DNA of 63,238 bases, filler included, from Lenisia limosa (GCA_001655205.1; 11 parts of 11 records of this genome joined end to end with filler, not necessarily neighbours in it); one strand, 5' to 3'. Shown: positions 35,697 through 49,498, numbered from the whole stretch's first letter. A program made the numbers and translations. The notes: generated by a model not told the origin, from the letters alone.

Positions 35697-36835
35697 AGTC
35701 CCCCGGTATGAGTGCGATCACAGAAGAGCTGAATTTAGGGAATATGCAAAGCAAAGCAAGCAGTACATGAATGTAAACCACCATGTTATCCTTTCAAATC
35801 TATTAAGTCATTATTAAGTCATACTCAGAGTAGAAACAACACAAAATTAGAGACAGCAGGCGCGTCCACGTACTCCTTCATCATTCTTTCCTTCTCCATC
35901 CATCCTGGCTTTCAATTTCAGCTGCAACTTCAAGACGGCGTTTGTCAAAGTCCTCTGCAGTCTCAACAACATCAATTGAAGTTCGACCAGGGCCAAGTTC
36001 AGGGATAGTGGTCTGCCAAAATGGATCAGAAACCAACGGGCTGTTGTGCCAAAGAAGACCGTGTGGCTTCCGCATCTTGTAGTCGGCTGCCTTCCTTGTA
36101 TGTACAGACAATCTTTCTGGAAGGGGTGTCGTTGAGAACAGTGCTTTCCAAAGGCTTCCGTTTCAGGAAGATAGGGGTTTGTCAGAATCGGTCACACCGA
36201 GAACCAGGGCAACGCTTGGGTAGAACTGACAGTCTAATCGCAACACGTGGGTCATCAGAAGTAGTGTATTGGCAAAGATCCCCGCACGCTCAGTTGCACT
36301 GAACAGAAATCGGGTCCAAAACCTGCTTAAGTGCGGAGTGACCGGCTGCAAGAAGCAGAACACGCAGCCGCAAAGACTTGCTGAGGGGAATTCACAAAAA
36401 AAACCCACCATCCTGGGATTAGAACCACATTTCCGGGACAGTGGGTCATTTTTGGTTCCTGTTGACAGCTTTAGAGAGATTAAATGAGTGGTTGATTGAA
36501 AGAAATTCAACTTTTTGTTCAAGGGCTTTGTTCTTGTGTTGTAATGCCAAAAGAAGGACACCTCAATAACAATGCTGTAAAAAAACTTCTTTATTAACTT
36601 TAAAAGGGGGTTTTCTTCAAAAAGGCTAAAAGTCAATTGGGTGACCACGTAGTTCAGTTCAAAATTAGTCTCTGAAATTTTTCATGCATTGCCTCTTCGG
36701 AAATTATAATATTGTAGAAAATTGTCGTGTTTTAGGAATTTTTATTGAATTTTTGTCGAAATAAGAATTTTGCATCACAAGTAGGCAGCTCTGTGATCGC
36801 ACTCATACTTGCGATCGCACTCAGACCGGGGGACT
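35697..36835. mobile_element. Family E: 1.14 kb TIR DNA element with an internal reading frame
   Basis: Left TA-AGTCCCCCGGTATGAGTGCGATCACAGAAGAGCTG. Right CAGCTCTGTGATCGCACTCATAC..ACCGGGGGACT-TA, its reverse complement plus one extra sub-repeat. Confidence 0.8.
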
Positions 36836-37377
36836 TACATGTATAGTATGTATGTAGTACATGTATAGTATGTATGTAGTACATGTATAGTATGTACATC
36901 ATATAGTTTATATACTATAGTAGTAGTAATATAGTATACAATATGTATATATACGATACGGCCCAAGATGTAAACGTATATCTGAGACAAATGTTTCGAG
37001 CGCTTGAGTCAATAGTTTTAGATCTCTGTTTCCTTTTCATTACAGTTCTGCCAGCAATCCCCTCATTTACAGCTTTAAGTGAATGTATTATTTCTGTCTT
37101 AGAGGTCACGTTTTTTGGTGTTTTTCTCTCACAAAAGCCCTCCTAATGATTTAGACTGTTCGAAATGGGGGTTCAGTGACAAGCACTCCGGTAATGTCGC
37201 CCACTAGTTTGGGGCGTTGCTATATCCGAAGTATCATTTTGAGATTCATCTCGATCCAAACATATGAACGTGGTGTTTTTGGAGCTTTCTTAAAAAGTGT
37301 TTTTATGAGTCCCTATTGAAATAGCATGAGCTTGACTTAAAGCAAGTTAAGCCCTGTCCAAAGTTACAATATAGCGG

Positions 37378-40300
37378 AGCGTATGGATGACGTGGACGCA
37401 GCGCGCGCGTGGCTGCTCTTTGCCCGCACCATTGAGAAGATGTACGGTGGTACTGTGGTGTCCCCAAGAACGGCCGCACAGGTGCGGGGGGGGGGGGGNN
37501 NNNNNNNNNNNNNNNNNNNNNNNNNNNNNNNNNNNNNNNNNNNNNNNNNNNNNNNNNNNNNNNNNNNNNNNNNNNNCAAGCAAAGCAGGGGAGAGGGTTA
37601 GTTGATAATGAATCAAACAAACAAAAAAAGTGAAAGGGAGCATTGAATGTTGTGTAATGAGTTGTCTGTCATAATTGGCATAGACGGTGATATAAACGCT
37701 CACCCTACAGGATGGGCTGCCAGATTTCCATGACGACAGCTTCCGAGCCTTGGACACTCTCACTGAAGTCAGTGAGGATGACAAGATGGGACGCTTGAGC
37801 CCCGAAATGGTCAAGAGAATCACGGGCGTAGCCGTGGATCAAGTTATCAAGGTATGGCAATAAAGCTGTGGTGGAGGGGGCTGTGATATCTTTTTGTGAC
37901 TTTCTCTATCCACCATTGGTTTGTTTTTGCTTTATTATTTGGTATGGTGTTCAGATTATTTGGTATGGTGTCCAGATTATTTGATTCAAGGTCTGTAGTA
38001 TTACAAGCCTCAATTTTGATGATGCTCTTGAGCACCTTAGTATTTATTTAATCCTGGGGATACAACCTCCCATTCTGACCAACAGGATATGGAAGAGACC
38101 GGTCCCCAAGACGTGCCTTCCCCGAAGCCCCTGAGACGGGTGCGAAGAAGTTAGAGGGGGGGGGGCTATATACTACATATATAATGCAACTAGAATGAGC
38201 AATGAGATGAGTCAACGAATTGATGTTACCACTAATCTCCATCCATTACCTCAATCTGTTTGTGACGGTTTAGACTCCGTCTGTGTGCAATCTGCCGCTC
38301 TTTTGGGACCTCGATTGGAGAAAAGAATGCCAAGAGAAGATTTGGTGGAAAAGGGAATCTGGAAGAGTATGCTGGGGGGTCTTGTGCTGTGTATTTTTTT
38401 GAACAGTTTTTTCTTTTTATTGCAATTATTGTCATTGCATCATCATTCAATATATCAAATATATCTAGTATTATATTATATGATATGATATGATAGTTTA
38501 TCTCAAACTGCCGCTTGATCTTGAAAAGGGATTACAACTCTCATCATTTGCACACCATACTCCGTCTCTATTCGATGATCTCATGTTTAGACGGCCTTGT
38601 GATATGGGACGAGAAACTGACGGAACATACCCTGAAAACAATAAAGGTAAGTCTATTGGATATTGGCACTAGCATATTGCGAACTGACCCGAAGAACATT
38701 TTGAGACACTCTGCATGAATGTATTGTATTTTATATCTTCAAGGACGACAACGGGGTGAGTGAAATTCATGCCGCCACCCTCAATCAGTTGGTAGTTCTC
38801 ATCACTGCAGCAAATGGGACTCGTAAGGGGCTGGATGTCTATTGGATTTTCGCATGCCTCTCTCTATCCTAGTTTTGACGATTAAAAACCTGCAAAAACA
38901 GTTCCTGAATTTATTACAAAAGGTCATTTTTTAAGTTTTCTCCAGTTTTGATAAACATTAACTCTAANNNNNNNNNNNNNNNNNNNNNNNNNNNNNNNNN
39001 NNNNNNNNNNNNNNNNNNCACTTCGCCCACCCATGTCATGCAGAAACTGATGGAACGGTGGGCAATAATGAGTAATAGCCAAATTATAGTGTATAAAAAT
39101 AGCTATGGTGGAAAATTTAACGTTTGTCCCATAATTATTTGTCAGGTTTGACGTGCCTCCATATATCAAACCGGCATCAAGGGATCAGGTTTGTCAGAGA
39201 GCAAACTGAGTATTTGGTCATTTTCGTTTCTGAATTTTGTTGCATAAATTGTCTACTTAAATTTTACCCCCCCCCCCCNNNNNNNNNNNNNNNNNNNNNN
39301 NNNNNNNNNNNNNNNNNNNNNNNNNNNNNNNNNNNNNNNNNNNNNTCTACCTCCGCGACTTTGTCAACGACACCAAAGTGGGCTAGATTTCTAATCCCCC
39401 TGAAAACTCCAATCTTTAGTCCTGAGACAAAAATGTTCAACATATAACGCCACCCCAGGCCAATGTGCTGCTTGATGACTTCATTTCGAGCCACATCTCT
39501 GACGGGCCGGAGGCAGTTCAGCTGAGGACTCGCCTGGCTAAGAAGAAGGTGGAAGGATTTCTTTTGGTGTTTCGGGGGATGTTTTTCAAACCAATATTAT
39601 GTGTGAGATAATCTTCAACCGTTCCTATCCACCTCTCGCTTATTCCTACCCCTCACGCATCAGCTTCGAGTTGAGGATAGCATCCCCACAACCAGCTCTG
39701 AGCAACCTCCTGAAATTAAGGTAGGTAGACGATTAGCTCCAGTGAAATGATATCTTAACAAACAAAAAAACAACTACCCATAAGAGGATGAGGTTTACTT
39801 CGTAGCTCCCTCGCAACCCTCATGACGCTTCCCTCCACGCCTTCCCCCCTGAGGAGATAGCAAGACAGCTCACTCTGCTTGACTCTAAGGCCTTCAATAA
39901 CATCAAGGTAAGTATACCATGATGCAGAATACCAATACCTTACCGTTACATTGTTATGATTTTGCTCAATGTGGGGTTATCTTCCCATCACCCTAACAGA
40001 TCTCCTCTGAAATGCTTCACCTCGGATGGGTAAACGTGCGCCAGAGTCATCTCTGCCCCCATGTCAACGAAATGACGGCGCTGTTTAATAAAGTTTGTGG
40101 GCTCCTCCTGTCGGGTTTCAATTCTCAGCAGGTTCCGTGGTGTTGGGCTTTTGTGGCCGTGAATCTTTCAGTCTATTGGGACTGTAAGGATGAAGTTACC
40201 CCCTAACCACTCCCAGATATCAAACTGGGTGGCGTCTTCGATTGTAACGGAGGAGAAGCTGCGATCCCGGGGTAAAACAATGGCCCTCTTCATCAAGTGC

Positions 40301-41422
40301 CTCGAGGTATGATGCATAAGAAGGGTTGTCAGCATTGTTCACACCACAGGCCCTCATAGCAATGCGCAACTACCACACAGCGTTTGCGGTCATGGCTGGA
40401 CTGAACCACTTCAGTGTGTCGCGGCTCCGATGGACTCAGAAGGAGGTCCCAAGGAGGCTCCTACAGGTGGGTACTTGGACATACGCTGCTTTTCCAAGGT
40501 TGTTCTTTATGTTTATCTCCATTGACAAGAAATGGAATTACGAGGGTCTTGCGATCCCCCCCCCCCCCCNNNNNNNNNNNNNNNNNNNNNNNNNNNNNNN
40601 NNNNNNNNNNNNNNNNNNNNNNNNNNNNNNNNNNNNNNNNNNNNNNNNNNNNNNNNNNNNNNNNNNNNNTCCTGTCTCCCCAGGGCAACTACCGTAACTA
40701 CAGGTTGGCTATATACTTGGGGATATCCTTTGCAAATGTAGCTGTTCTCGAATTCTCGAATGATCCCCTCTACAGATCTCGACTAGAAGGTGATAAACTG
40801 CCAGCCCTCCCCTTCTTAGCCCAGGTACTGCCTTGTAGTTGATAGGTCCACTTCAGTCCTATAAATCTGAGAAAACATCGATATATTTCTTTTTTTTATT
40901 ATTCATAATTGGAGCACTCTTCTAACAGCTGCCTTTCTGTCAGTCTTCCACTCATAATGCAGTTGACCTCCGATTTGACCTTCGTTGATGAGGGCAACCA
41001 AACGTTCATCTCTAAAAGTGGGTTTGGTCTGGTTGGTTTTTTACCGGGTTTAGGAAAGCTTCGTTTCAATGCCTTTGTCTTTTTCACCTCCTATAGGCAA
41101 ACTCATCAACTTCTCCAAAGCCCGAATGGTGTCCAAAATCCTCCTCAAGGCCGAGCGGTATCAAATTCCCTACAACTATTTGAGAGGTTCGCCGGGTTGA
41201 TCTATGAAAACTGTTTTACTGCAGGAAGAGCTATAGTAATATCATATTCAAGAGTACTAATATATTAATTAACCCACCACTTTTGCTACGTGTGACACTT
41301 CAGTGGAAGTGATTCACGAGCGGTTCCTCAACAAAATGAAGAAGCTGACCGATAGCCGACTGGAGAAGGAGAGCAAACGACGCGAACCGAAGGGCTGCAC
41401 CAAGGCCGATATTATATGGTAG
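37378..41422 (+). CDS. Ras guanine-nucleotide exchange factor (RPEL + REM + CDC25 domains; start not fixed)
   Basis: EIHAATLNQLVVLIT and SPTHVMQKLMER (REM); PEEIARQLTLLDSKAF, ISNWVASSIV, MRNYHTAFAVMAGLNHFSVSRLRWT, NYRNYR, LPALPFL, SDLTFVDEGN (CDC25); ends ESKRREPKG..*. Confidence 0.9.
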
Positions 41423-41677
41423 GTGGAGGGCATCGTGGTGGTAACACATATTATGAGGATTTCACTAATTCTTCAGATTGTATTTCAACACTTTTCTTGT
41501 TTTAGGTTTCTTCTATTGTACTTCTTGTATTATTATTATGTATTTATGGTATGGTCTTTTGAGGAACGATGAACAACAAGTAAATAAATTAGAAACAACG
41601 GCCTAGCCAAAGAGCCTAAACGAGTGAGTGCATAGTGCCGATAGTTATCAATCAAGAAAAACAGTCGTCAAAGCCCC

Positions 41678-43480
41678 TCACTTAGCGTGACAAGCGGCGC
41701 AGTAGGGTTTTTGCTGTTGGGTTTTGAAAGACACTCTGACAAGAGGCTTGCGACAGAACGAGCAATGCAGACATTCGGGATGCCACTTGCGGCCTAAAAT
41801 GTGGCCGGTTAATTGAGCTCCAAATATCTAAACACTTGTCCAAATACACTATTCCAATCAGCCCCCAACCCAGCGCAGTCATACAGCGACCCGAGATGGC
41901 CTGGCCACACGCTCCACACAGTGTGCCCAGAGCNNNNNNNNNNNNNNNNNNNNNNNNNNNNNNNNNNNNNNNNTGAAAACAAGAGTTCACTCAAATAGAA
42001 CGGGTACAAGGAAACAACAGTCAAGCACGGGTACGAGGAACGCGTCATCACTAGTCGCCAACCTGTTCGCAATACGGCTCGCCCTTATGCTCGAAATAGG
42101 GGGCACCGTGGAAGGGCTTCTCGCACGTCAAGCAGCAGAAATGGTCGGGGTGCCAGGTCTTGCCTAGCATTATCATGAACAAGAGAGGTGCAGTACCCAA
42201 ACAAAAAGGCCCCTTGGGAATTGATTTTAATTATTCTCATGTTTTAACACCTTGCGACCCCCTACCAAGAGCTTCCACACAGTCGCCAACAACTGGAGCA
42301 TCACATTTGCCGCATCTGTCGGCATAGCAGGAGTTGAAGCATACGTCGCAGTAAGGCGAGCCGTCTCGCTCCAGGAACTGCATGCCGTGAGTAACTTGGG
42401 ATTAAACCCCTCCCTCCAATCCAGTTGGTATTTCACTGCAAATAACGACCAATCCAGTTGGTTTTTCACTGCAAATAACGACCAATCCAGTTGGTCTTTC
42501 ACTGCAAATAACGACACATTATTCTGAGCTTTGCTCTTGATAGGGATTCGAAACATGATACTATTAATAAAGAGCACACTCATGTTCGAATATATCAACC
42601 TTTCTGAGCTTCACGGCATTAATCCCCCCACAGAGCCTCCAGGGAAGTCTTTGCCGCATTTGCAGCACCTGAAGCACTCGGGATGCCATGTACTGTTGAG
42701 AGCGTTGATGGAGTCTCCTGAAGTGTCAGCCCAAACCTGAGCAAATCCAGGTGGCATTTAAGTATGCTTGTGAGAGTTACTCCCCCCCCCCCCCCCCNNN
42801 NNNNNNNNNNNNNNNNNNNNNNNNNNNNNNNNNNNNNNNNNNNNNNNNNNNNNNNNNNNNNNNNNNNNNNNNNNNNNNNNNNNNNNNNNNNNNNNNNNNN
42901 NNNNNNCTCACAAAAGGCCTCTCTGAAGATCAATTATGGGTTGGAATACGGATCAATAATCATCAGAAGCGGCCAGATACAACTTATTTTTATTCTTATT
43001 TCTCATCTCTACATAATGATATACATCTATATCTAGTATACGCAATATATGTATTGTGTTATCATATCATCAAAACCCCTTGATGTCATCTTGCACCCAC
43101 CCTTCATCTTCGAAGAAAGTCTGATCCGCAATATTGGTACTGCATGTTTGACACTCGAAACAGTCTGGGTGCCAGCTCTTGGCCACCGCCGTCAACATTG
43201 GGCCTGTAATGGCCTGTTGTGTGAGGATGGCAAGGTGTTAAGATTCAGGCGTACCTTTGAACATTTGCCGCAAACAAGGGCGCCAGGAACTACGGGGGCT
43301 ACCTCCGATTCTGAAAACTGTCACTAAAAATCACCATATGCATATTGTATAATCCACAAATGTAGTATGGATCATGAATGCCGATATATTCGAGGGATGC
43401 AGCACAGGTAATACTCACCGGGGACTGGAGCGGCCGTGCCGTTGAGGATGGCTTGGATGAGTGCAACGTCATCAACTGCG
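41678..43480 (-). CDS. Paxillin/leupaxin-like LIM-domain protein (4 LIM, 5' truncated by the scaffold end)
   Basis: CGKCS..LTAVAKSWHPDCFECQTC; ALNSTWHPECFRCCKCG; FLERDGSPYCDVCF..RCGKCDAPV; LCGACGQAISGRCMTALGRKWHPECLHCSFC..KPYCAACH. Confidence 0.88.
42416..42515. repeat. 33 bp intronic tandem repeat x3
   Basis: CCAATCCAGTTGGTNTTTCACTGCAAATAACGA units. Confidence 0.92.
42968..43012 (-). mobile_element. Family B, partial
   Basis: GGCCAGATACAACTTATTTTTATTCTTATTTCTCATCTCTA. Confidence 0.7.
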
Positions 43481-43646
43481 GTATTAGGGGGCGGGGGGGG
43501 GGGGGNNNNNNNNNNNNNNNNNNNNNNNNNNNNNNNNNNNNNNNNNNNNTTAATTAATTAANNNNNNNNNNNNNNNNNNNNNNNNNNNNNNNNNNNNNNN
43601 NNNNNTACAAGTAATATATCATATATATTGGATGACCACCCTTGTT

Positions 43647-43711
43647 TACGCATAGATAGAGATGAGAAATAAAACAAGTTGTATCCGCCGAAGCAGTCCA
43701 CACCATCACGC
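43647..43711 (+). mobile_element. Family B
   Basis: TAGAGATGAGAAATAAAACAAGTTGTATCCGCCGAAGCAGTCCACACCATCACGC. Confidence 0.8.
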
Positions 43712-44052
43712 TGATTGAAAATTAGAGTATAATATAATTCACCCAATCATTTCCTTATAACTTTGTGAACACAGATTTCTGCTTGCCTCCTCAGCATATG
43801 TAATGCAACATTATTAACTCATGTAATACCCAATACCCATATATACACTATACCATATTAATACCATAACATATGATATGGAACAATGTCTTAGTAGAAG
43901 TAGAAACCCATAAAACATCAACACCAAACGCAAATCATTTGATAAGATTTACTTCTGTAAAAAATGGATACTTACAGAGGATTTATAACTTAATACTCGT
44001 CATAAATTTTATACTTATAATATGTAATAATTGAATAATACGTCAGAAGTAC

Positions 44053-44582
44053 CTGGTCCAATGCATCGAATTCGGCGTGTCGAGTCGCCTACACCCGTAA
44101 GAGAGAACACAAGCGGCTGGTTGAAAGAACACTATCACCATCACCATCACCATTATCTACACGACAGAAAGGCTGAGTTAAAAAAATTCTAGCCCCCCTC
44201 GCCTGACATTTTTGGAGGCATTTGTCTTGTTATGTGATCGCGCCACAATTGCCGAATTTTGCGCTATCACGCAACCGACTGGAACTTCCCCCTCGTCTAG
44301 AGAATACTGGGCCTGGGGGGGGGGGGGGGNNNNNNNNNNNNNNNNNNNNNNNNNNNNNNNNNNNNNNNNNNNNNNNNNNNNNNNNNNNNNNNNNNNNNNN
44401 NNNNNNNNNNNNNNNNNNNNNNNNNNNNNNNNNNNNNNNNNNNNNNNNNNNNNNNNNNNNNNNNNNNNNNNNNNNNNNNNNNNNNNNNNNNNNNNNNNNN
44501 NNNNNNNNNNNNNNNNNNNNNNNNCGACAAGAGCTTCTCTCATAAATTTGCGGTCCTGTTCGGACCATTCCGATTCAGGCAT
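44053..44582 (-). CDS. ADAT2: tRNA-specific adenosine-34 deaminase catalytic subunit (N-terminal exons only)
   Basis: MPESEWSEQDRKFMREALV|..AQYSLDEGEVPVGCVIAQNSAIVARSHNKTNASKN|ATRHAEFDALDQ (HAE motif). The PCxxC exon was not found. Confidence 0.82.
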
Positions 44583-45382
44583 TTCCTGAATAAGTGAAAA
44601 AAAAAGAGGGAAATTTTTGGTACTTTGAAGATAGTGAAGAAATGATGATTGACCAAGGGGGAACCTCACATTAATAAGAATATGATACTGATAAATCATA
44701 TTCAGTTATGAAATTGACATTTTGTAGAGTAAATACACTAGGGCACCAAATCACCAGATAACAATGGCCGTCCAAAAGCCCAAAGGTATATCAATCAGAC
44801 TAAGTGCAGGGAAGATCACAACAGAAAAACTCTTCAATCGTTCTGAGACTATTTTGCAAGACAGAGTAAATGAACAGATATGCCACAAAGATCGCAAGAC
44901 TGTTCTCAAGGTTCTTGTTAATTTAGCCTCGGATTGTACACCCCTGTTTGATTGTGGTTGTGCAGCAAATTGTGTGTGTGATGATGCGTGTGATGAACAA
45001 GTGATGAACAAGAATAGTATTATACTCAAGTCTGGGGTGTACAAGTTTAAAAAAATCCTCTTTTTTCTCAATTTCCCAATCCATTCCCCCCAGATTCCCC
45101 CTCCCCAGCCATCATCTTACAAGACAACTGTAACGTAAAAGGACAGGTATAAGAGAAAAAGAGAAAAAAAAAACAAGAACTAATAAAAGAGAAAGGAGGG
45201 GAAATTACTCTTCGATTGGAGGAACATATCTCTTCCTGTTTGTCGTCATAATGACAGCCATTCCACCAGACCACTTCAAGGAGCTTATGGTTGACCATAC
45301 AAGTGGGGTTGGGAGTTGGGGGGGGGGGTAGAACCGAATACCGAAGAGTAAAANNNNNNNNNNNNNNNNNNNNNNNNNNNAA

Positions 45383-47560
45383 TAGATATTAGCCGAGGTT
45401 TACTATCCAGCGTCGCCAAAGACATTGAAGAAGACTTTCCACCGGCTGGCTTGGAAATTGCATCCCGATAGGAACCCTGAAAAAGAAGCACAAGAAAAGG
45501 TGTTTACTCATGATTTACATTTTGTTTTGTGACTGTCATTTCACTACAAAACAGGAGTTTAATTCAATTTTTAGTTCAAAAGAGTCTCTGATGCATATGG
45601 TGTCTTATCTGATCCTGAAAAACGTACAGAATATCTTGAACAGGTCGCAGAGGTAAGGTATTGGTAAATTTTTCTCTTTTCATTCTCTTAGGCTGAACGA
45701 GTTGAGAGGAGAAAGCAACAAAAACGAGAAAACGCTAACGAGCAGTATGATTGGGGAAGTACACATTAAACTGAATTTGGAGTGGTACATATATCGATAT
45801 ATAGACTACTATCAAGCATCTTTCTTTATTGATACATATTTGTGGGTTTGCTGAGTGCTAACCAATACTACTTATGATTTGGGCATAGGTACTAGGGAAA
45901 AGATGCTATTGTTCAAAAAAAGTGAGAATATTGTTTTAGTGCAATGATCTGTTAACCCTCAAGATTGACGGAATCAATTAAAGTTATTGTGAAGCAAGAG
46001 TTACGTGAAATTGAAAGGCAAAAGAGAATCCAGCAGACACGATTGACCCAGATAAATTCCTGTCGAACCCACATGCAAATACTGCAGTCTGCTATCGTAA
46101 GTGGGCTTGTCTGGTTTGCTTTCATGTGAGCTATAATCTGTCGTCTCTTCATGTTGGGATGGAGGGGAATACTAACTTAGGTTTATAATATAATACTCAC
46201 TTTTCTCATTTTTCTTCGTATCTGAAATTCACATTGATTTTACTCTTGGAAATTTTGGATACGTCTTATAATTACTCATGTAACACCCATAAGTTAATTG
46301 TTTTGACAACGCAGCATCGAGGCTCCTTCAAAAATAACCCGATTGAAGAGTATCATCGAATGTTGCAAATGAAGACCGACCTTGAGCGCGATGAGAAGAC
46401 CTACAGAGCTTGGAAGGCAAAAGTACCCGGGATATCACTTGATGCATTCGTTCATTTAACTTCAGAATGAATTCAGCAAATATATGTAGTACATTCTTAA
46501 ATACTCCAACTTATTGTATTCCTTCCTAGTTGTAGGTAACAATCATTGATAGGGTCGAAATAAAGTTGATACTTGTTGTCATCTGTAATATTTCAGTTAT
46601 TCTATCGTTTATTGAATTATATACATTTTTGATTGTTTCTAATGAATGTGAAGCTATGTTAACAGACAATATGCCTGAGCGCGCTATATGTTGAAATAGC
46701 ATTCCATTCTTTGGATGCGTTTTCAACGCAATACTATCTCTGTGTTAATGACCAAAGTAAATGATTGTCTTTTTTTTTCACCCTAAAGATTGCCCATGAG
46801 CGTAAGAAATCTGATGAACGTGCCAGCTACCTCTACTCGTCCCTCTCAGACCCAATGCAGCTCTATCGCCTCACTCAACAAGACAAGCAGTTCTTAAACG
46901 AGTACAGAATCGAAATCGCCATTCGCCATAAATATGAATCTCAATATGCTTCTGCCTCGCAAACTCGACCCCAAACGTCTGAACCTCAGTCGCGGCCGGA
47001 GCGCGGCCATATCCGGCGTCCCTCAACAGCGAATGAAAGGCCTCGGAGAAAACAGGCCTATCCCGAGCACGAAGCCAAAAGCAGTCCCGCAGGCGCTCGG
47101 CATGTGCGAACAGATACCAAAATGAGGGCGGCTTATCAAGAGGCGGTTAAGTCCCGGAATGAGCATGTTCGAAGGGCGAAAGAGAAAGACTCACGCCAGC
47201 ACGCTGAAGAGCGTGATCTTTATGACGATGTATATTCTGCGAGGTAACCAGACTTGTTAATGTCAGGCGGATGTTTCATTCATCAGCAATAATGTAAAAT
47301 TTAATACAGCATATTTTTATATACCATGAGTCTACTGCTGCTATTTCACAATCCTTCAAGTTTGATCTCAAAATGCAGTTCATTTTTTTTAGGAATACGA
47401 ATGAACGGCGAAATCCTCACGACCCTTTTTCGTATCATTACAAAAGTATGCTCTTATTTTATTCAGTAGTTCTCGTATATCTTTTGATTGTGATCCCTCA
47501 TATCTATTAAAGTATCCTCATGTCTGTTTTATTGTGTGACACTCTAGGCAAGAAGAAGTC
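45383..47560 (+). CDS. J-domain (DnaJ/Hsp40-type) protein
   Basis: ASPKTLKKTFHRLAWKLHPDRNPEKEAQEK|FKRVSDAYGVLSDPEKRTEY, followed by charged helical exons; ends approximate. Confidence 0.85.
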
Positions 47561-47682
47561 CAACTGTTCAGTACAATGAAATGCCCAAGAGAATTCAACC
47601 AATCCATTGAAATGATCCACGCGATCGTAATCAAAAAAGAAGAAATAATACGTCTTTTGTTAGAATACACCCTATTTATAAA

Positions 47683-49498
47683 CTACTCCAATTTTGCCGT
47701 GAAGTGCTCTGGTAACCCCTTCGGGAGCATTGCTGCACACTTATTTGGGTCCAAAAGATTCTGACGAGTGGCTGGGGTTGCGAAATGCTATAATGTCAGA
47801 ACATATGAACTGATCATTATCAATTACATTAAGCGATTAATTTCTCATCCCAACAGAGTATGATCATAGTATATTACAGTAACAGTAAACATATTTTAGT
47901 GAAGAGTTGGTACTACTCACCACCTCCCCCCCACGTGTTTAATCGAGTCCCATTGCAGTTGTTGGCGTGTGATGTCCATGGCAACTTCATCTGTTCCGTT
48001 TTCGTGGAAGATCCGTGTCTCAACATACCGGATACCAACCCCTTGAAATAAGTTGTTGAAACAAAAAAAAAAAAAAAANNNNNNNNNNNNNNNNNNNNNN
48101 NNNNNNNNNNNNNNNNNNNNNNNNNNNNNNNNNNNNNNNNATTATTCTCATCTCATATCATATACTAGTTCGTGTCATGAATACATAAAGCAAAGAGGCT
48201 TGGATACAATCAGATTCTGACTCTTACCATCAACTCTAAGGAAGAAGCGGGCCAGAATTAAAAAGCACGAATCCATTGCTCTCTGCATGGACTGTCAGAG
48301 AAAAATATGATAGGGCAATCAATATATGTCATATCAAATGATCTTGTAATTTAATAATATTTTTTGTGTGTTACAATTTAGAAGTTCACCATTTTAACTT
48401 GATAAGACGAGTTTCCAGAATCAGAAAGTTCATCCTCAAAGAAAGGTAGAGAGGCAAAAGTCAAAATAGGATCCTAAAATATCAGTCAAGAGAGGAAAGC
48501 AAAAAGTAGAGGAAATAATAATAATATCATCATATGTTAATATATATTACCCATATTATATTATAGATATGAAAGTATAGTTGTATTCAACCAAAGTAAT
48601 AGATGAATCAAGAAGAGGAGAAGAGAGATATCAGCAACTGCCACCCCAAAAAGTAAGCACGAGAGATATTAAAGGCTTTATCGTGACAAACAGACAGATC
48701 AAATGGCGTTTAGCATTCTCTTTTAAGTAGTGTTCGTTGTTGAATTTATACCCCCCCTCCCCTCCCCTCCAATAGCAAACCTGCTTCATCAGAAGATCAA
48801 AGCCAATTTTTGAAGAGTCACATTTGACAAAGTCCAACTATTACAATAAACAAAGAAAACTAGTTCAATAAAAACCATCTTATGTTTTCTTACATTGTGT
48901 GAACACTCCATCTGGCCAACCTTCTTTGCCACTCCATGATGTTCAGTTGTGAAGGTCCAATTGTCCTCAATGGCAGGAATAGTGGTGCCATCAGGCAAGG
49001 GGGTGGCTCTACAGAACGTAAGAACAAAGGAATTAAAACCGAACGCATCATTTACACAAGCTTACCTCCAAGATCCTCCAAAACGTTATATCCCGTCTTA
49101 CCTTTGGTTGGCCCAAACCTCAGCACCAGCAACATGCCACTTTTCTTTGAACTGTGAAGGACGGAGAATTCCCTGGTCTGGTCAACAAGTCACTAAATCT
49201 TACATTTAGGACTTCCTTTGCATTGAACTCTACTTGAGCTCCGTTGCAATGCGATACAGTGAGCCTGTTTGCAAACACCTACAGATCAAAAATGAAAGGG
49301 AGATAACAAACGAACCATGTCAGGAGTGGAATTCAAGCCTAGATCTCTTCCTATTCTGAAATAAAAGTAAGTGGCAAGAGAGGAGTAAAAGGAGGCCAAC
49401 TTATGAACAAGATCATCATCCAAAATGGCCTGTTTTGACACAACCGTGAATTCCCAATCTTTTACACTTGTGACTGTAGTATCATGATCTTTATTCAT
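47683..49498 (-). CDS. TIPRL: TIP41-like protein (PP2A-family phosphatase regulator)
   Basis: LGLNSTPDM|VFANRL..VEFNAKEVL; DNWTFTTEHHG; DPILTFASLPFFEDELSDSGNSSYQVKM|RAMDSCFLILARFFLRVDG|VGIRYVETRIF. Confidence 0.9.

Noticed and set aside
36150-36180. In-frame TGA here and near 18140 as evidence of a variant genetic code or selenocysteine
   Set aside because: Conserved genes (AKR, CDC23, RPL13, TIPRL) show no internal stops, and the exchanger ends with TGA. Both cases lie in putative mobile or decayed DNA.
41422-41678. RasGEF and paxillin-like genes tail-to-tail as a functional adhesion cluster
   Set aside because: Short intergenic distances are general in this window; a single adjacency is not evidence of clustering.
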